Source: Octopus sinensis | Taxonomy: Eukaryota | Direction: 5' to 3' | Length of the DNA: 28,150 nucleotides | Assembly: GCF_006345805.1 (NCBI RefSeq) | Contig: NW_021827590.1 | Location: forward strand, 1-28,150 | Part shown: piece by piece, positions 22,700-28,150 of the stretch | Position numbering within the stretch: position 1 is the stretch's first letter | How the letters are laid out: every line of letters starts with the position of its first letter | Translations under genes and position numbers: made by a program | The notes under the pieces: model-generated | The model's database searches: none | Seen by the model: the letters and a program-made list of their open reading frames with translations, nothing else | What the model was told of the DNA's origin: nothing

Positions 22700-22870
22700 T
22701 GTTTATATTTATTTACCACAAGACGAGATACATCTGCACCACAGGATACTCCTGAACTTGTTGTTGAGTGTCTCACAAGAGGAATCGATGCTTGATGTGT
22801 CGAAACAATTGTCGTGATTAATAATAAATTCTCGTATATTCCATCTTCTGTCTTTCATTTTGTTATATTT
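22700..22870 (+). mobile_element. Decayed Penelope-like terminal-repeat fragment
   Basis: TCAC-AAGAG...C-GAA-ACAATTGT-C-GTGA (hammerhead remnant), followed by AATAAA and TA-rich repeats. Confidence 0.45.
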
Positions 22871-22887
22871 ATATGGATATGTATATG

Positions 22888-22976
<89 letters not shown>

Positions 22977-23327
22977 GTAAATCTATATATATATGTATAT
23001 GTATATATGTATATATGTATATATGTATGTGTGTATGTATGTATATGTGTGTGTGTATGCATATATATATATGTATATATATATGTATATATATATATAT
23101 ATGTGTGTATACACATATAGTCAAACTTTTTATTTTCATATATAATATATAAAGAGTGCTTACCGTTTTACAAAATCAAACTAGAAAACTGGAAAAACAG
23201 AGAATACAAATGAGAAAATTAAAAAGAAAAAACCAAAAAGAAAAAAGAAAAAGAGAGAAAGAAGAAAAAAACCAAAAAAACAATTTCCCACTTTGGGTTG
23301 AAAAGTTGGGGGCGCTGGGAAACCTTT

Positions 23328-23915
23328 CTAATGTCTATTGAGACACACCAGCACGCTTGCAGCGATGCCGCGGGTGATGGTGAGGCTGATGCGCTGGAAC
23401 AGCCAAGCGCCCCCACGAGCCTCATCAGTTACCTCTGCAAGGCGAGTTGCCAGAGAAGACGGGAATCTCACAGTAAGTGGTCCGACCCCACCAAAGTCTC
23501 GAACGCCACATGATGGAAACCGTAGTTGACCGACAGATCGCAGTATTTCAGGACTTTGTTCTGCTCGGCCGCAGAAGCTGTAGACCTCGCCCTGGCCGCA
23601 GCATCCAGGATGTGAGAAGAAGCAAAGGAGTCACTAACTGTGACATCCCAGACAAAGCATCTGCCTTGGGACCAGGGGCACAGGGCGAGGTTTTCAGGTT
23701 TCTTCCCATCATATCATGGTTCCAAGAGGGAGGGGATGTTTGCTCGGGCCAAGCTCCTCTTGAGTATCAGGTTCAACTCCGTATGGCGCGCGAAGCGACC
23801 AGAATTCAGGCGGCAAGAAAGGTCATGGAGATCCGTGGAGTCGAGGATCCCACCAGAATGACAGATCAAACCCGCGCATACGGCAGCTCCTACTCTGGGG
23901 GCAAGGGAGACACGG
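23328..23915 (-). mobile_element. CRE-type non-LTR retrotransposon C-terminal fragment (zinc knuckle plus restriction-like endonuclease), pseudogenised
   Basis: My minus-strand translation: LHDLSCRLNSGRFARHTELNLILKRSLARANIPSLLEP*YDGKKPENLALCPWSQGRCFVWDVT...AAEQNKVLKY...AWLFQRISLTITRGIAASVL. It contains an internal stop and a frameshift. Confidence 0.8.
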
Positions 23916-24482
23916 TTGTCAGAATGTTGGATGATTTATATATATTTTTATTTACATTTTTAGCGCTTTCTTCCGTTCCCCATCCAAAAGATCACCAAAA
24001 AGGAAAAAATATTGAATCCTAATCAAACAAATTTGACCACACTGATACAAAACCACGCCTCCTACCTCCCTCTCCCCTTCAAACTTTTTTCTTCTTTCTT
24101 TTCCCTTCCTCCGCAAAGTCGCAAAAGATTCCTCCTTTCTTTTCTCTTCTCTATTTTCACCATCTCCCACTTTCTTCTCTCTCACCCCTGCACCTTCCTT
24201 TCTAATTTCCTCCTCCCTCTCTCTCCCCTCTCCCCTCTCCCCTCTCTCCCTCTTCCTAAAATATCACCAGCTTCAATTTTATATAAAAAGGCGAAGCAGA
24301 CTTATTATAAACCACTTTTTTGATAAATCCAATAACGGAAGAAAGGGCTAAAAGTGTAAATAAAATGCAAATAAAAAAATATATAATCATCTAACATTCT
24401 GACTACTTTATTATTTTCAATATACAATATCTGTACATCACTTCAAAAACTCTCTCACTGTCTCACACTATATATATATATA

Positions 24483-24720
24483 TCTATTATATATAATCCG
24501 TTCTGTCTATCTGTGTGTGTGTCTTCTAGGATCTCGGGCATCCTCCATCCTATTGCGCTCAAATCTGATATGTAGATACTGACGGTATCAGGGCGTGTAT
24601 AAGTCTTGAAAAAATTACAAAAATCGATTCCAGATGAGAATGCGATAGATAAAACCGTGGGAACGTGCATTTATACGCGCAAGTACATCTGCTGTTGCGA
24701 TCGATACTACGCGTACCAAT
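24483..24720 (+). mobile_element. Possible non-autonomous Helitron-like (DINE-1/HINE-like) element
   Basis: Starts TCTATTATATATAA, followed by a CTGT/GT microsatellite and a CAAATCTG motif. Resemblance is to the general architecture only. Confidence 0.35.
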
Positions 24721-24788
24721 AATTTCAAGATTGTCATTAGAGCTGATCTTTATTTCTTCTTTCGCTGGAGTCTCAATTTAGGTTAAAT

Positions 24789-24848
24789 CAGTGTTTCTCA
24801 AAGGTGAGGCCTATGGGACGGTCGGACAAGTTGCTTTGAGAAAATTTG
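24789..24848. mobile_element. 60-bp hAT-type mini element
   Basis: TIRs CAGTGTTTCTCAAAG / CTTTGAGAAAATTTG. The flanking 8-mers GGTTAAAT / GTTTAAAT match at 7 of 8 positions, consistent with an 8-bp TSD. Confidence 0.55.
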
Positions 24849-24907
24849 GTTTAAATGTTTGACAACTCAACACCGTCCATCGGAAGGGGGGGGGCGGCGT
24901 TTTGCTC

Positions 24908-24942
<35 letters not shown>

Positions 24943-24991
24943 CATATATAAGAAATGAAGATGAAAATGTAAAGAGAATATATTAAAATTG

Positions 24992-25507
24992 CCGTAAATC
25001 TTCGAGTATAGTCCGCCCTTAAGTATATACGCAGGGGATTTTTAGGAGGATGTACCTCTGAAAAACCTAAACCTTGTGTATAATACGCACCCCTTCTCTA
25101 ACTTGAGTCGAGGAGGTCTATATAACGTCTTTGGTTTATAAAAATGTATAAGGTAACGTCCTTATACATTGTACATATAACATAATGCAAACGTGTAGCT
25201 TTTTTGTGCATTTTGTTAGCAGAAAATAAAGAAATAACAGTAATAACAATAATAACGTTTAATAAATGTTGCTTATTGTAAGTTATGGATGATTCTTTTA
25301 TGACTTCATTGCTTTCAGGCTTAGCTTAAGGTATTTTCGCGCCCGACATCACAAAATGCGTCTGAATAAACATTGCCGGACAGCAAATAGAGACTCGGAC
25401 ATTGCTTAGAAAATAATTTTCATTTTTAACCTTGTATATAGTAGGCACTAGGGATTTTGACCTTTAAATTTTGGGGAAAAATGCGGATTATACTCGAGGA
25501 TTTACGG
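24992..25507. mobile_element. Tc1/mariner (pogo/Tigger-like) MITE, 516 bp
   Basis: 25-bp TIRs CCGTAAATCTTCGAGTATAGTCCGC / GCGGATTATACTCGAGGATTTACGG. TA on the right and TG (decayed TA) on the left. Confidence 0.85.
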
Positions 25508-25823
25508 TAATTAGAATTTATTTAGATTTTAAAATAGAAGTATGCAGTTCACCAGTCTTACATTAGATTTCCACAAATATATATGTGAAACTGGTCAAGT
25601 GCATACCTCTGTTTTACAATCTAAATAAATTATGATTAATTCTACTATATTCCCTTCGCATTTTTAACTCCATTTCTTCTATATTCCACTTCTTTGGATT
25701 TAGAATTTCTATCGCATTGTCTACATAGGCGTATTCATATTCGTCTACGAAACGTCGTAACTTGCAGTGCTGGCTTCCGAATTCCGAATATAGAAAATCT
25801 ATAGCGATAACCTTAAAACTGAG

Positions 25824-25869
<46 letters not shown>

Positions 25870-26281
25870 TATATATATATTATATATATATATAAAGCTC
25901 TGCCTATCTCGCTGAATTGTTTCACAATAACTTGACATATTCTGAGAAGTATTAATAAAATGATACGTCTATACTGCAAATGTCAATTTTATCAAATACG
26001 AACACCTTTCATTATACATTCGTCGTATATTGAGGAGTTTGTAAACAATAATGATTATTTGTGTTTCCGCTAACAAATGCTTAATATAATCTATACACAC
26101 ACATATGCATACATATATACGTACCCATACATATACATACATTAATATATATATATACACACATATATATTTACATATGCATATAGATAATACACATATA
26201 TACGTTTGTGTATATGTATATGTATGCATATATATATATGTGTGTGCGTGTTTGTGTGTATGTATATATAGGTATGTGGGC

Positions 26282-26317
<36 letters not shown>

Positions 26318-26420
26318 CATTTAAACTTAAACTTAAATATCTTAACAATTTCCTATATATATTCAGCTGTCAACTCCTTTTTTCCGTAAACTTTCTGACG
26401 AAACTGTTCGGACACTGAAA

Positions 26421-26641
26421 TATTGATTTCAAATTTTGGCACAAAGCCAGAAATTTAGAGGGAGGTCTACTCGATTGCATTAACCCAAGTATTCAACCGC
26501 TACTTATCTTATCGAAGTCGATAATATGGAAGGCTAAGTCGACATCTGCGTAATTTGAACTCATAACGTGAAGACGGACGAAATGCCGCCACCATTCTGC
26601 AGTTCTCATGTGTTCTAACGATTTAGCTATCTCACCACCTT
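26421..26641 (-). mobile_element. Diverged tRNA-derived SINE (family B)
   Basis: Homologous to 4808-5014 and 5521-5737. Confidence 0.75.
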
Positions 26642-26737
26642 CTAACGCTGAAATATTGAAATATAAACCATCGACCTGAATTATGAAATTTTTTTTTATA
26701 AATTGCAACTGTTTTGGCTTAAAAAATATTTAAAACA

Positions 26738-26812
<75 letters not shown>

Positions 26813-26991
26813 TGAAACTTTATTACTCTTTAAATATTTATATATATATTGGCTTGAAAAGTTTGTTAAGATATTAAGATATTTTCTTAACATGAAACCA
26901 AGGGTAACCTTAATACACAAGCAAAGAAATTTTATCCATCATCCATTAATACAGTGTTGGGTACTCATTCTCATTGTTCGACATTTACGTG

Positions 26992-27033
<42 letters not shown>

Positions 27034-27454
27034 TATAATATATACACATACGTACATACATACATACATACACACACACATGCATATAGACATACACACA
27101 TGCATATATCTATCTACCTATCAATTTGTTTGTCTGTCTATCTGTATGTATGTATTTATGTATGTATATATATATATATATATATAAGGTAGAAAATGCT
27201 AAAATAATTTTATCATGAAATACATTTTGTAATAGTTAGTACCGGTTTCGACTTTTCGACCTTTTCAACTAAGAGTAAATCAAAGGTGGATATTAATTAA
27301 GGAGAAGAACAATTAAATTCGAGAAAAAAAATTAAACGAAATGTTTTGTAAATATTTCCATAGTCTTCAAATGGGTGGGACATTTTCCTTTTTTGTGTGT
27401 GTCTCTCTGCTTTTCTTTTGTGAAGGTTCACAAGGTAGGCAGATAGTAGCAGAT

Positions 27455-27900
27455 CCGAAGCAGCCCAATTCAATGAAAAGTATTCTAACACAAGCCCAAG
27501 TACACTCATTAACAACATCGATACCGACAGTAAAAAATGCGGAAGACCTATGCGTCAACCTAATTCAGGGATCGGAGTTCTCCTTCAAACAGGGTCAACG
27601 TTTTACAGTGAAACACAACTTCACATGTGCTTCGGAAAACCTGATATACGTGTTATCTTGCTCAGGGTGTCGAGAGCAATACATTGGTCATACTAAAAAC
27701 AGTCTACGCCAGAGGATGACCACACATAGATCTCAGATTAAAATACAGGAATACAGTAAAATAGCATTAAGTGAACACATCAACATTTGCGTCACTTTTG
27801 AACAATCCAACTTTAGAATTTCCCCGCCCCTATAAATTTAGGGACAATGCAACCTATAATTAACACATTAGCAAAGAATTATAATTTTTTTTAATGCATC
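27455..27900 (+). pseudogene. Penelope-like GIY-YIG endonuclease fragment
   Basis: KQPNSMKSILT...NFTCASENLIYVLSCSGCREQYIGHTKNSLRQRMTTHRSQI shows the LIY/YIG motif with the PLE C-x2-C insert and a conserved Arg. Stops follow after 27835. Confidence 0.85.
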
Positions 27901-28150
27901 CACCACAGATAAACACTACTACAAGGATCTTGGAACAATGCCCATGGAAATATTAAAAACGGAAGATATTTTTAGAAGAGTCGCTACCCACGAGTTTATT
28001 TAGAATAGACCCAACTGCTACTGCTACTACAACCACAACAGGTCACCGTGAGGCCACTTGACCATTAAAGCAGATTACACGAACAGCCCTTACTACTGGG
28101 TAATACCACTCCCGTATTTTTCCTTTCTTCTTACTTTTCTTCTCCTTCTT

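Noticed and set aside
23477-24022. 181-aa + strand ORF and overlapping short ORFs
   Set aside because: They are antisense shadows of the GC-rich CRE-type fragment. The recognisable motifs are on the minus strand.
25715-25760. Stem followed by GAAACGTC-GTAA resembling a hammerhead 3' half
   Set aside because: There is no CUGANGA upstream.

Overview
AT-rich, microsatellite-saturated animal DNA. The SINE, MITE and microsatellite content points to an octopus or other cephalopod; this is my inference from recalled repeat families, not a database search. One clear host coding region is present: a single-exon, 201-aa secreted neuropeptide precursor at 3209-3814 (+). It has a signal peptide, a 28-aa four-Cys peptide ending FHFA-G-KR (HFAamide-like) and further dibasic sites. 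A splice acceptor precedes it at 2948-2949, and its stop codon sits inside a strong splice donor, so the gene may continue downstream. The rest is repeat-derived: tRNA-derived SINEs (all seven clear copies antisense to the gene), Tc1/mariner remnants and MITEs, a CR1-type LINE 3' end, two R4/Dong-type retrotransposon copies each embedded in (CATA)n, a CRE-type retrotransposon fragment, and several Penelope-like element (PLE) pieces. The PLE pieces carry three fairly intact and two decayed minimal hammerhead-ribozyme motifs, one of them inside a 196-bp palindromic element. There is also a short Pol III-type tRNA-like/vault-RNA-like unit. Element boundaries were read by eye and are approximate.
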